Assembly (NCBI GenBank): GCA_010909165.1
Contig: MU008184.1
Coordinates: 310,001 to 374,000, forward strand
Direction of reading: 5' to 3'
Length of the DNA: 64,000 nt
Source: Anthoceros angustus
Taxonomy: Eukaryota; Plantae; Anthocerotophyta
A program made the position numbers and the translations under genes. The notes under the pieces were generated by a model that searched no databases, had not been told where the DNA came from, and saw nothing but the letters and a program-made list of their open reading frames with translations. How positions within the stretch are numbered: the stretch's first letter is position 1; every line of letters begins with the position of its first letter. This document shows positions 24,563 through 38,255 of the stretch, piece after piece.

Positions 24563-25118
24563 TATCCATTATTTTGTTTAAAAAACATTCACACATTCAC
24601 ATGCTTGATGAGTTGTAAATTAGTGATAACACTATGCACTTGGCGGGCATGAAAACGTGCCTGACATGTAAGCTTCAAGAACTGAAATGAAGCTTCTTGG
24701 ATTGAGAAGAGCTGAGCTAGAGGAGAAGATAACATTCGCAAGACGGTAGAATATCATTGGCTTACACGGCTTGGCAACCTGAAAGGTGGCAGGCACGAGT
24801 GTTGGGATGTGAGGCGAAGGCTATGATAGGGATGGGGCATGGGGCAAATGGGGCGAAGGGGCAAAGGGGATAGGGCCAAGGGGAGGGGTGACGCGAGGAT
24901 GGTGGTGGTGATGGAGGGAGTCAAAGTCATGATCCCGATGCGTCAGGCCCTCGGGCTTGACCTAAGACCACACGCGTTTGATGCAATGCGGAGGGGCAGT
25001 GAAACCGGGATCTTGGTGTACCGGGGAGCGATTCGCATGACGTCTTGAGCTACGCGCTCGCGCGCTCGCATCCACGGGTGGGAGATCGCCTACGCTGAAA
25101 TCCTCTTAGTTCAGGTGC

Positions 25119-26940
25119 TTAGGCGTGGAGAGGAGGAGGAGGTGGGAGTGGGCCGAGCTCCCAGCTCCCAGCCCCAGGGTTGAGCGCAGCAGAGCAGAGC
25201 ATTGGCGGGGAGGTGACGTATGTACTTGCCGATGCCAGAATGGCTCGGGTAGTGTTGCTAGTGTTTGGTACTGTTGTGACTGTCTTCCCAGCGGCCTGTG
25301 GCAGCGAGCCGTGCTTGCTGGAGCAGCGCAGCGCATCGGACACAGGCCTGCCGCTTGTCCTCACATCTATTGAATGATGGCGGGCTGGCCAGTGGCAGGC
25401 TTGCCCAGGAATAATTTGCGTAATTGCTGCGACACTGTACTGTCCCGCAACGGCAACAGCTGCTTCATTTATGTACACTGGCTGCTGCGACGGGTAGGCC
25501 CGATCCAGGCCGCATGCCTCTGTGCTGCGCTCTGGTCGATTCCTCTCTTCAAGACCGGAACGGGGCCAGGACGAGGACGCAGGGATGGTCACACCCGACG
25601 GGCTTGGCCGCTTCCAACGGAGTTCCAGTCCTGTCGTAGCCGCAGATGGTTTGGAGCTTTCTCCCAAGATCTGGCTCGTCCGTCCGCCGGTTCGGAGGTT
25701 TGTTGCATGCGCATTTACTGGCGTTGTGGTAGGAGTCACAACTGGAGGAATTGGCGCCTGCTGTTTCCACTGGCGCCTTGTCCGATGTGATGTGCTCGGG
25801 GCTCCTGGAGTCTGAAGGCGTACAGTATGCTTTATGTATGGGCTTTGCTGCTGCGTCGGTACAGAGATTCCCTGACTGCCTAGTTGATGTGCAAGCAGTA
25901 AGCAGTGTGTGAGAGGCTTGCCAGCATGCTCTGGCACTGGTCCTCTGTCACTGGCTCCGGCTTACATGTACAGATGTAATCATTGTCGGATTGGAGCTAA
26001 TCAGGCTGCAAACAAAATGATCAGGCTATCATATTGTCAGTGCGTTGCTACTCAATCCGGCTTCCTTGAGGCGAGAGGGAGTAAACCTCGTGTGAGAGTC
26101 AGGGGAAGATGTTAATCATAGGGCAATTATACGGCGGATTCTGCCAACTGTGGACGCCTGTCCAGCATGCCGTGACGTCCAGTATCTGGATTCTGGCAAC
26201 CTGGCTCTGCCCCGCGCCCTAATTACGACCTAGGACACAGAGCAGCACCAGTACATGGTCACGGAGTAGGAGGCGGACCGGCGACGGCGGTAAGGGAATC
26301 GCACGTCGAAGGGAAGCTCATCGCTATCGCTTCCCGTGCGAGCTCTGACGCGTCATCTTCATCTGCTCCGCATTGTCCCGGGCTCCACAGATTTGAATTC
26401 TGTGTTACCGGGCGGGTGTGACATCACTACAAGGATGTTGCTTGCGCGTTGGCGCTGGTGTCATCCTCGGTCAGCAGCGGCGACCAGTTGCCTGTCACAC
26501 GCGACTGCGACTGTGGAATCGTTGGGTTGCAATGCATGTGTTGAGCAGCAGGATTGTGGAGTCGGACTGACTTGCTTCCAGGAAGAGATCCAAGCCAGCT
26601 AAATTCCAAGCAACATCTGTAGGCGGGGTTGGAGGAGCCTGAGGTTACATGTAACGAACCGGGCAGCAACATTTTCGACAAGACAAACGAGGTTTGGCCT
26701 GTTGCGCGGTTGCAGTACCGACAGCAAGCGGCCAAGACAGTCGAGCAGCCTAGAGGAAGTCGGGGGAAACCTTTTTAGGGCAGCGGTGACAAACATAGCA
26801 AAACAAAAAAGGTGGGGCCGCGGCGAGCAGTTACCCGTCCCCATCGCGTCGCCCTGCCTTGCACACTGTACAGCACTGCGCATTGGCATTGGTTCAAGCG
26901 TGCGAACGTCCGGGGAGCGGGGCGAAATTGGGCGCAACGG
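25119..26940 (-). pseudogene. Possible further NAC-like remnant(s), copy A; duplicate at ~52414-54480
   Basis: HITSDK.QWKQQA is nucleotide-similar to RITQNGHRWKQQG of the 17657-20904 gene; KRFPPTSSRLLDCL and WKQVS upstream; several frameshifts and stops. Confidence 0.35.
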
Positions 26941-27189
26941 AACGGTTCGGGTTGGGACGCAAACGGGCTACCGCGGGTGGCCGTTGCCCGTTGCCACTTG
27001 CGGCTGATAGCGACGGCACGGCAGTTGGAGGCGCATGATGGATTGGAGTTTCATGGCCGTGCCGTCTATCATGGCATGCATGCCCCATGCAAGTGGGTAG
27101 GCCATCATCGTCCCTTGCCCCCGTTCCGTTTGCCCGTCCTGCCAAATCGCGACGCGGCCGGTCCAAATCATCGCGACGATCACCCCCTC

Positions 27190-27230
27190 ACGTATCCGGG
27201 GTGGGATTTGAACCAGGAACCTCTGCGATC
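27190..27230 (-). other. tRNA-like 3' half (B-box), possibly tRNA-derived SINE or tRNA pseudogene; second copy 54908-54945
   Basis: Reverse complement reads aggttcctGGTTC(A/G)AATCCCACCccggata; no convincing D-arm or anticodon arm. Confidence 0.45.
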
Positions 27231-27395
27231 TCAGGAACTGACAATTTGTTGCGCTCCGTTCTAGTTATTGTGATGCTATGAATGAGTTGTTGCGCTCCGT
27301 TTCTCTGGTGGGATATGAATGAGTTGTTGCGCTCCGTTTCTCTGGTGGAGGAAGCAGCCTCTTCGCTGTTTCGGTGCGAGGAAGGGTGAAGCCAT

Positions 27396-27765
27396 GGCTC
27401 ACTTGAAGTCGCTTGTAATGCTAATTCTGGTCCTGACTGCGAGCGGGATGCATACCCTCCTCAACACGAAGGAGGAGCCCGAGGGGGCTAGGTCGACGGA
27501 GGAGCCCGAGGAAAGTTTGTCGGGTTTGTCGGGGAGAGATGAAAACGAATTTGAGGATGAGCTTATCGAGTTTGGGGGAATGTGGAGACTTAATAAAAAG
27601 AACGAGATGGGAAATCCCATCGAGTTTGCGGAGGCGGATAGTCCAGACGAAAACTCAGACTCTACACGAGTTCATACGCGGATTACTTATCCTTTACTCT
27701 TGGCTTTCTCGATGATTTTATTTAGAATATTTATAAGTTCTAGAAATATTTTTTTTTATTTTTAG
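27396..27765 (+). CDS. Small acidic, putatively secreted protein of unknown function
   Basis: N-terminal MAHLKSLVMLILVLTASG signal-like segment followed by Glu-rich region; 3' end runs into AT-rich sequence and may be spliced. Confidence 0.35.
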
Positions 27766-27790
27766 ACACTCTTCATAACCTATTTTGATA

Positions 27791-27827
27791 TACTAGAGTA
27801 AATTATTTCTAATAATTTACTCTAGTA
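27791..27827. repeat. Perfect 17-bp inverted repeat with 3-nt loop
   Basis: tactagagtaaattatt-tct-aataatttactctagta. Confidence 0.9.
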
Positions 27828-27915
27828 GCAACGCAACTCATTATGTAAGCATGCCCTGGTCTATACATACCTGCGGCATTACGCTGGTTTGTACACAAGT
27901 ACCAATACCCCTACG

Positions 27916-28041
27916 CCCATTGCTATGGGCTTCGACGTTTAATTGACATTTGTGGCACCCATTGCTATGGGCTTTGACGTTTACTTGACATTTGTGGCGC
28001 CCATTGCTATGGGCTTTGACGTTTATTTGACATTTGTGGCG
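27916..28041. repeat. 42-bp minisatellite x3
   Basis: cccattgctatgggctt.gacgttta.ttgacatttgtggc. repeated three times. Confidence 0.92.
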
Positions 28042-29489
28042 CGTACATTGTTGCCTCACGCGCATCCTTAATCCCATAATGCCGAACGGGCTTTTGGCTC
28101 CCTTCGGCTACATCACGCTTTCTAATTTTCACGTCATGGCGCTGCAAAAATACATTCCCTTTCGATGACAAGCTTGCAAACTTGAGATGTTTTTTGACGT
28201 CTCATGTTTGTTTGTTCTCTAGTTTTGAGTTGGAAACTGGGAATATTCTTAGATGTCGCAAACTTGGGATGTTTTTGGACTTCTCATGTTTTGTTTGTTC
28301 TCTATTTTGGAGCTGGAAACTCGGGATATTTTTGGAGGTCTTGTATTTCTTTGTTTCTTTCGATGGATATTTTTGGAGGTCTTGTATTTCTTTGTTTCTT
28401 TCGATGCATAACTCCGACACACATTACTATGAAATACTAACTAGGTCTAAAGAATAGGCAATGATTAGAAGTTATGTACACAATCACACCATCTTGCAAG
28501 TGTGTACTATGAGCTTAATTGGCTAGCCAGTGCCAACAATCGGACATAGGATCTAGCTAGCTTATGATATCATGCTAGGGAAGCTTGTGTTATTTGTGTA
28601 AAGAAGATACACTATGGTAGAGGCATGTACAGAAGATTCACTATTGTAGAGGCCTACACTTTTACGCAAAAATTAAATTAATTTTCACTTTTAATGGAAT
28701 TTTAAAATTTTGATAATTATTTTTTAAAAAGTCAAAAATTATGATAGGTGTGTACCATGTGCTTAATTGGCTACCTGACGCCAACAATTGGACATAGCAT
28801 CTAGCTACCTTCGGATATCATGCTAGAAAGCATAAGCTTGTGTTATATGTGTAAAGAAGATACACTACCCTACATGCCTACACTTTTAGACAAAAATTAA
28901 ATTATTTTTTTTATTTTTGCCAAACTTTTAATTTTTTGATAATTATTTTTCCATAAGTAAAAAGTTATGATATATTATGCCAAAAACCAAGTATTTCAGA
29001 TACTTAATACACTTGGACTACTCCACTTGGACTACTCTGCCCGAGGATGGGCGCAAGGAACTGGGATCAAACCAACGGTTGCCCAATTTGACACCTTGTC
29101 TTCGACCACTAGACCAATAGACCAATTTCTCAGTCTTCCACCACATTGGATGAGTATAATATGTATATGTTGATAAAGTTCCAAATTGGAAAAAAATATA
29201 CTACCTTATTATTGAAATTATGGAAAATATTTTATGCCGTGTTGAAATTTCATCCTTTCAAAAATTTAACTATGTGGCAAATGGTTGCCCAAAACTATAG
29301 CCCCCCACGGGGTAATGAAAGTGTGTTACAAGGTTGTTTATATAGAATCTCTAAGTAAGCATTTCATGTGTACACCTTAAGTCATATATGTATGACTAAA
29401 CTTCGTTAGGGGTAACTATTCAAACAGGTTTGCGGAACTAGGGAATAGAGGATGAGTAACATAAAGACAGAAAATCATGTTTATGGAGG

Positions 29490-30478
29490 GCTTATTTTTA
29501 GAGGGTAACCTATCAAAGATGGTCATCCATCCACTTATACGCCGTCTCCAACATCTAAATTTAATATATAATTTCTACATACAGTACAAGAACGGTTGTT
29601 TCGAAACCATCAAGTCATGCATTTCATATGAAATATATGATTGCATGCATGGTAGAATACACAAAAAAGTATGTTCTTGTACCAAGTCATCTTGCATATA
29701 GTGCATGAGTGATGGATGAAGTCTTTGGGAAAGTTTTGTGTGGCGTCTAATTGTATGCCGTCTCCAACATGTAAATTTAATATAGACTTTCTACATAAAG
29801 GACAAGAACGGCTTTCTCGAAACCATAGATTTATACATTTAGTATGAAATATATGATTGCATGGTCTAATACACAACAATGTATGTTCTGGTACCAAATC
29901 ATCTTGGCAGATAATGCATGAGTGATGGATTAAGTCATGAAGAGAGTTATGTGTGGTGTGCAACCAACACCATAGTGCATATACAGTGGCTTCCACATTC
30001 TCATGCATTCTTAAAGATCTTTCCATATTCTCCATACAAGCATAGTACTTTTCTTCCTATGTCCATATCTCACCTTTTAGTTCTTCATTATCATGAAAAG
30101 TGGGTGAAAAAATAAGTTTGGCTATTATTGGATAATCTATCAGCAATTCTTTCATAAATAATGAAAGTCTTCTTCTAAGACCCTTTTGGCTATAGCATGC
30201 TTAGTTGCTTCATCCCCGATGTGACGACACTTCACATGCCAGGCTTCTAGCCCGGTGAGTACTAGCTTCAAATTTCCTTCGTGCTCATCACTCTCCATTC
30301 CTGTAATCATCTTCAAATAATTTTGAATTGATTCATAAGACTTTCTTATGTTGTACATGCCAGAATTATATTCTTCATATTCTTTAGTATGTGAGGCTCT
30401 CATATATGCTTGAAATGATTCCTTGTCCTTGTCAAAGTATTGTTCTACATACTCTTGGCCAATATTTTTGAGAGACAT
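29490..30478 (-). pseudogene. AT-rich RING-H2 finger gene or remnant with tandemly duplicated, degenerate second finger
   Basis: CIICQDDL...CNHIFHTKCINLWFRESRSCPLCRK (C3H2C3). A second copy CTICK...ACNHIFHMKC is frameshifted. Upstream 108-aa ORF 30152-30478 on the same strand. Confidence 0.8.
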
Positions 30479-31595
30479 TTGCGCCTCGAGAAGGTACTTA
30501 GCAGTGTTTTTAAACCTTTGCTCAAGCCCTTATCTATCCCATGACATTGGCGCCTCGACAAGATACTTTGCACTATTTTTAAACCTTTGCTCAAGTCTTT
30601 ATATATCCTATAGGCTAGCCTCAACTAGGCAGCTACTAACCTTGGAAATTCTTGTAGACCATTGATCTCTAAAGAGTCTTCTCTAGGCAGCTCTTCATTA
30701 TGACTGTTGCAATTCCTCTCTACTAAAAGATTGCACAAATCATGCAACCTCATGCAGCTTCTTAAAATGACAACTATTGATTAGTTTATTATCTATTTAA
30801 ATATTTTTATACTTTTACCTTATTTCACCATTGCCTATTATTGGAGAGCTATTTCTAATGAAATTTTTTTATTTTAGAGTAACTATTTTAGCTCTTTACA
30901 ATCTAAAATGTGTACCTCAAGGGAAGTTTATGTTTAAACAATTACGACTTTTGATTTACTTTTCTTCTAAATACACATAGGAAGTTTAAGGTATAGTAAT
31001 GGAAGCTTGCCAGGTTACTTAAAATTTATTGATATGGAGGCATTATGAAAAAAAAGAGATGGGGAATCCCATCTTAAAATTTAAGTTGGGAAGGCTACAA
31101 ACACAAAAACAGTTACAACTGATTTTCAAAATACATATTTTGAATGAGAATTAGTGGTGGATTTTTCTAGCTCTAGTGTGAAAATAATTAGCAAGATAAT
31201 AATAGTCACATTAGCTAATGAGTACCAAGAAGATATTAGTGGTACCTTCAAGACCACTTCTTCTGAACTTAAATATACACTCGACCAGAGAAGCAACATA
31301 TCCACAGGCAAGCACATAAGTGAAAGGGGAACTACGCTTTGAACTTCTCATATGCTAAAGACAGTACAAGGTGCCAGCCTCCGAAAACATCTGCTGAGCT
31401 GCCTCAAAGGGAATCCCAGAGCTGGCAACATAAGCTAATGGAATCAGAACTACTAGAAAGGCGGTTTGTCATCCACGCCTCCTGGCACAATAAATTACAT
31501 ACTCTTGATTCCAACTGCCCATGTCATCTCCAGGTCCGCAAACATGTAAACATCAAAAGGCGTCATTGGTCCATCTGCAGGCAGGTCCACACGGA

Positions 31596-34500
31596 TCACA
31601 AAAGAAAGTTACCGGATGTTGCCGGATCACGAAATGGGGCTCCACCATAAGTTGCGTTTGTTGATGAGCCTTCTGTTCGCCCAGCCGACGGCGGTGGTGC
31701 CGCTATGGTAACAGCAGAGCATGTGTAGCGTGCGTTATTGGCAACTCTTCTGACGTGCTGCCGAAGTTTTCTTGTTCTTGCCTGGATCAAGGGATTCTGA
31801 GGAGGTGGAGTTATCGGCACTGCGAAAGGTATTTCCTGAGAGCGGCAACCATGATCTTCCACGGGGGTTCTACATCCTATCTTGCACAGTACAGGGAAAG
31901 GTCTTGGAAGCCCACCTCTCTTGAATGTTCTCCTTTCCATCTCCACATCCTCGGCTAGAGCAATTTCCTCCATCGTCCACAATGCCCACTTCCTATGAGG
32001 AGCCGGCTTTGAGCATACACAGTTAGAAGAGTCCCCCTTTGCTGAGCTTTGATTAGAAGCAGCAGGTTGTGTCTGCTTCACACACCGGAGTGCAGTCGTG
32101 CTTAAAGGTGCTGAAACAGGAACAGCCAGTGGCACGCCAACGGGTCGGTCCCCATGTGCCGAACTGTAGCTCCTGGGTTCATCTGGACCTGAGGAGATCT
32201 GAGGGTAACTCTGTTTCCCGTTGTTTTTCAGGGGAACATAACTCAAATACGTTTTGAAAGCCACGGTTCGTCCTCCTTCTTGAATGGCATATGTCCTCCC
32301 TGCTGTTTCCACCGGTGACCATTCTGGGTGATGCGTAACCTTGTTGGCTTCTTGATGCTCCCATACTTGGTCTCGCTGAGGAAATATTGTCCAGCACCTG
32401 TACCTGCTAGTCAACCTGTACTGATTCAGTACGATCACCCTAACACTCTAGCTGCAATCATGAAGTGCCGGCACGAAAACAATTCAGGAACCTCACCTGA
32501 GATAAGTTCTGCGGGATGTACCGAATAAACGTCTGCCTCCTTAACGAAAGGGAAGTGTTGCAGTGTGCGCAGCACATGACTCGCACTCAATTGTTTGTAT
32601 GCTTGAATCAGACGAGTCATGTCCAAGTCTGTCAGCTTGGGAGGACGTGTCACACCCAGAGGCACAAGTCGCACAAGTTCTGTGCACAAGTCCATCAATG
32701 AACTAGCAGCAGCTCTCAACTCCCGACCTTCTGGGGTACCGGGCTGGAATTCTTGCGTCACTGTGAGTCGAGATGCGCAAGTATGGGAGCTGACCTGCTG
32801 GATGGAGACTTCATGTGCTGATTTCGCTTGCTCTGTTGAGCATTGTAGTAACCTGGGTGACCACTCCTGATGCAAAATACCAAACCAGGAGCTTTCATCG
32901 CTCACCGCCTTGCGCTTCCGTCGGAGTATACTTGCGTCCGGGTCGCTGCCGGGCTGCACATGTGGCAGGCCCATACTCTCGGTAGATATAGAGAACTCGG
33001 AAGCCTGGATCTCAGATGAGACTATGGTGCTATAAACAGGTAAAACCGTGAACTCAGAAATAACTGGTGGGCACCTCCTAGGGCGCTTAGTTGCTAGCGT
33101 CGTAACCTGTCGTCGGTGACAGTCCGTTGCTAATGCCAACATATCATGAGCCCCATGGTTGCCTCTCTGGATAAATGCCTTAGTCACCTCCGATAGTCCG
33201 ACAGTACGCTCGTCTTGAGGAAGATTATACATTGGCCCTGATTGAGGCAGACCATATTGATCAGACAGTCCTGCATTCCACGAGGTGTCTTGAACTGAAG
33301 GATGAAGACGTCGGAAGGGTGCTCTTTCATCTGTCGCTGTTGGCAGTGCGGGTACACGTAGCCCGCAGACTGACGCCAGATCACCTGATGGGGACCAAGG
33401 AGCATCACTACTGCTGACGATTGCCTTAGAAGGAGGCCAGCCTTGGTGGTTCATGGTCATGTCCTGATCCGAGGCCTGGGATGTGATGTATAGCTGAGTC
33501 TGTCTTGATCCGTCAAACTGGAGATCTTGCTGAACCAGCGATAGACCACCATAGCCCTGATTGCAGCAACCTTTTGCCACATCAAGTACTTCAGAGCTGG
33601 AAGAGAGTTTTCCTGCGCCGTTCTTCTGCTCTTTGGCCAGAGAACCACTTGCGGACGTATGTCGCAAAGATATGCTGCTGTGCACCACCGCGCTTAGCTC
33701 GCAAGCCTCTGAGAAGTTGTAGTGCAGACGGGAAACCTCCCTGCAAGATTGCTGGATGTAGGAACCTCCTAACACAGGATCCGTTCCACGACCAGAAGAA
33801 TGCAAGCTCTCCATGTCTGCATCCGTGGTCACTGAAGAGAAACTGTAATAGGCAGGATCAACGGCATCTTGAATGAGACAAGCATCTGAAAAGCCGCAAC
33901 AGCCTCCAGGAGCTGAAGCACGGTCTTCGTGATCTCCGTTCACTTTGTGCACCAGTTTCTGCAGAGCTGAGGAGAGCCCTTGGTCCGATGTCATGTGCTC
34001 TTGGATGTTGTGGTTGCCCGGGACCTGTTGCACTTGTATCCGTCGGTGAAAGGCCATTTGGTGAGATGTCAGCTCCGGGATTGTAACCCTGCAAATGAGC
34101 CATCATGAGAGTCAAATAACTGCCTTCCTCAGGCTGGTCTGGATGACGCAGCGAACCTGCAGTGAGCACCTTGGAAAGCTAGCTGCTACCAGACTACCGA
34201 CAGCAATTGCCAACTGATCGACACGAAGCGCACCTACAGGGGGGGCCTTAAGCTTCTACTCTTCCAGATGAAGAGATCCTTACCTGGTAGAATCGCGTGC
34301 GGCGAATGTCGAACGTCACACTGTCTGCCACTTCATCAAAACCAGGTGCAACAAACGCTGAGTCCAGTTCGCTACTCCAACTGCCACAAAGATACACAAA
34401 TCAGTCGCTGAGTGCTACGGAACATGACTGAGCTAAACTGAAACAGTGACGGCATTGCACAGTGACGTTTTTCCAAAAGCAAACAGCAAGCAGTCCGATC

Positions 34501-34841
34501 AAGAAGCCATGACGCTCCAAATGCCCGAACAGCTCTCTCAACTTGGGAGCAAGCGCATCAAGTGACACGAGCGTATCAATGGGTAGCCACATGCGTGCAA
34601 CGAGCTGAGCGAATTGTCTCTACCTCATATCCGTCGGGGATGGATCGAAGCTATTCTCCGCAACTGACGGCGGGTGGAGAATGCGCAGCACAGAGTCCAT
34701 ACAACTCTCACCATCGCGGTCTCCTGATGCGTATGGTCCTCTGAAACCCGCGTCGACAGCTGGATAACAGGGAACAGCCGCCTGAAGTTGCAGGGCCGAA
34801 AATGAGCGATGCATGTTCACTTTCCCGCCCCCTCGATCCAT
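31596..34841 (-). pseudogene. Duplicate of the 17657-20904 NAC-like gene, with an extra 2-nt deletion near 34065
   Basis: Near-identical translations; gtgagagatg in copy A reads gtgagatg here and splits the large exon. Could be an assembly error. Confidence 0.65.
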
Positions 34842-35632
34842 CGATGAAGCAAGCTAGCAGACTCAGCAAGCTACCTCACAGATTGTAGCGGATGTAGCGA
34901 GTTGTGCACCAGGGACACCACACATTCTGAAGCGCATTGATCAAGACACACTCCACGTCGTTCAGGGGCTGGAAAGGCTGCACTCTGGACACCTGAACTT
35001 CACAGGTTTAGGCACGCGGTGCCACTTCTCCTGCGGCCACTTGACAGCCTCCCTCATTCAGCAGCCTCCCTCCACAAAGAAAGAGCCGGAGATGTCTGGA
35101 GGAAAACAAGCACAGCTCTACCCGGACAAGACATGACGCAGGCATGCAGTTCTCATGTAATTCCCTGCGCCGGAATGGCAGCCTAAACAAGCACAGATTC
35201 CAGCCTACGCTTCCACCCCTCTTTCCCCTCAAAATAACCAGCAAACACGACAACCCTCGACTCAGTGGAAGCTGGCAGCAATTCCACACTTCTCAGCACC
35301 GCGATGCAGCTGATTCACTACGGGACGTTCTGCAGCCTCGCATAACCTCCCTCAGCTCAAAAATGCTCATCTGCTTGACATCTTCAATCATCGAGAAGAT
35401 CGCGACCAAGAGCAGCCACAGCATCGGAACGCAGAGAAAAAGAAGGACGAAGATGAGCACGACGTAGAGCGACATGGTTACAACTCTCCCTCGCAGCACA
35501 TTCCCTCAGATTGCACCTCAGCAGCCCAGATACTCCTTACAGGCAGCATCCAAGGGCGCAGCAGAGGCAAGCGACAGGGAATGGCGCACAGAGAAGCGCT
35601 GGGCAATGGCGGTCCAGTTTAAGGAACTCCAG

Positions 35633-38255
35633 GGGCGCGGGAGCAGCACTGGAGCAAGAGATGGCTGCGGTGCCAAGCGCAGAGAAAGAGAGGCGCTGGC
35701 GCCAAGCCTATCCTTCCCCACTTCACTCACTCTGCGCTCTTCGGAGGGAGAGCACTTGTAACCTTGTTGGTGAAAGCAGAAAAGCCGCCCGGGCTAGCTT
35801 CACCCGCCGTCGTAGTCCCATTTAACTCGATTACACGGAAGTGTTAGGTGGTGGCTCAATAGCTGGCAGCCGCGCGGAGCCAGCACCTGTGTGAACTTAT
35901 GTGGCCTCCTTGTCCTTGCCCCGACAAAGGTTCGCGGGTCGCGGCCCCGGATTCGTCGAGTTCGGCGCAACTGGCACAACTCTCCCTGGCCAAACCGTTA
36001 GGGCTGGGTAAACGGAAGCTTCGGTGTGTCCCTTGGCCCCGTCTGTTAACGCAAGGATGACTTGGCAAGCACACAACCGCACCCTTCCGCATCCAAGAGC
36101 CCCCTGCTTCTTCCGCTGGGATGCAAAGCAGCAGCTATATGTGTGGCCGCCTCGGGGACTCTTCTAGCCGTCCATGAATGCTTTCACGGAGCGGAGCTTT
36201 CTTGAAATTCTTACATTTTTTGGGTCTTGTTGGATAGTGTTGCAGTACTTCTTTGCTAAGGAAATTCATAGGAGCTTTCTTTGTTGAGATCTTAGAGTAA
36301 ATTTCAAGAACGTTGTTGTAAAACTTCAAAATGAACATCTAAGATATATGAGCTCATTGTTCATTATTCATTGGTAAGAGAGCTTAATGTTACGCTAAGT
36401 GCATTTTTCAAGATGAATTTTTATGCATGTAGGATCTCATTCTTTGTAATGAATCATAAGTTCACTAAGATTGTATTGAAATAAGTAAAATACTCTAGCA
36501 ATCTTGATAATCACAAAGTTGAAGAGTGATATGATTCTCATTTTACAAAATAATCGTGATGTTGACATTATAGCATCACAAATTAAGATTTAGCAACGAG
36601 GAAATATGGAACTTGCTTAAGATAAACAATCTCAAGAAGAACAAGCTTCAAAGAACAATTTACATATAGAGGTAGATAAATCAAGACCCCTAGAGCTCTG
36701 GGATAGTATTCCTCATAAAGGTTCCTTATCTCAAAAAAAATGAAAGATGGATCTTGTTGATCCAGGAACTTCTACACTATCTCTTGTTGGAATTGTTCTT
36801 GCTAAATATAGTAAAGGAGCCTACTTAGAGGGTTATATTTATGCAGCTGGATCAAACCCTTCTACAATAGGATCAAGTATGTGTACTTTGTTAGACTCAA
36901 ATCCTCTTCAAGGTTCTAGTGCCACCATTAGTTTAAGTCCTCCAGGGGCGCGGAGCAGCACTGGAGCAAGAGATGGCTGCGGTGCCAAGCGCAGAGAAAG
37001 AGAGGCGCTGGCGCCAAGCCTATCCTTCCCCACTTCACTCACTCTGCGCTCTTCGGAGGAGCACTTGTAACCTTGTTGGTGAAAGCAGAAAAGCCGCCCG
37101 GGCTAGCTTCACCCGCCGTCGTAGTCCCATTTAACTCGATTACACGGAAGTGTTAGGTGGTGGCTCAATAGCTGGCAGCCGCGGAGCCAGCACCTGTGTG
37201 AACTTATGTGGCCTCCTTGTCCTTGCCCCGACAAAGGTTCGCGGGTCGCGGCCCCGGATTCGTCGAGTTCGGCGCAACTGGCACAACTCTCCTGGCCAAA
37301 CCGTTAGGGCTGGGTAAACGGAAGCTTCAGTGTGTCCCTTGGCCCCGTCTGTTAACGCAAGGATGACTTGGCAAGCACACAACCCCTTCCGCATCCAAGA
37401 GCCCCTGCTTCTTCCGCTGGGATGCAAAGCAGCAGCTATATGTGTGGCCGCCTCAGGGACTCTTCTAGCCGTCCATGAATGCTTTCACGGAGCGGAGCTT
37501 TCTTGAAATTCTTACATTTTTTGGGTCTTGTTGGATAGTGTTGCAGTACTTCTTTGCTAAGGAAATTCATAGGAGCTTTCTTTGTTGAGATCTTAGAGTA
37601 AATTTCAAGAACGTTGTTGTAAAACTTCAAAAATGAACATCTAAGATATATACTGAGCTCATTGTTCATTATTCATTGGTAAGAGAGAGCTTAATGTTCT
37701 GCTAAGTGCATTTTTCAAGATGAATTTTTTTATGCATGTAGGATCTCATTCTTTGTAATGAATCATAAGTTCACTAAGATTGTATTGAAATAAGTAAAAT
37801 ACTCTAGCAATCTTGATAATCACAAAGTTGAAGAGTGATATGATTCTCATTTTACAAAATAATCGTGATGTTGACATTATAGCATCACAAATTAAGATTT
37901 AGCAACAGAGGAAATATGGAACTTGCTTAAGATAAACAATCTCAAGAAGAACAAGCTTCAAAGAACAATTTACATATAGAGGTAGATAAATCAAGACCCC
38001 TAGAGCTCTGGGATAGTATTCCTCATAAAGGTTCCTTATCTCAAAAAAAATGAAAGATGGATCTTGTTGATCCAGGAACTTCTACACTATCTCTTGTTGG
38101 AATTGTTCTTGCTAAATATAGTAAAGGAGCCTACTTAGAGGGTTATATTTATGCAGCTGGATCAAACCCTTCTACAATAGGATCAAGTATGTGTACTTTG
38201 TTAGACTCAAATCCTCTTCAAGGTTCTAGTGCCACCATTAGTTTAAGTCCTCCAG
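35633..38255. repeat. Tandem duplication of a ~1.31-kb unit (35633-36945, 36946-38255)
   Basis: Junction uses 6-bp microhomology ctccag (35627-35632 and 36940-36945). Confidence 0.92.

Larger units (their letters stand above)
17410..27228. repeat. Segmental duplication, copy A (~9.8 kb)
   Basis: Collinear high identity with 31350-38565 and 50873-54945. Confidence 0.95.

Noticed and set aside
27190-27230. Functional tRNA gene
   Set aside because: Only the T-arm and 3' end are recognisable; no A-box, D-arm or anticodon stem could be folded.
27916-28041. CRISPR-like repeat array
   Set aside because: Contiguous tandem units with no unique spacers, eukaryotic context and no cas genes.
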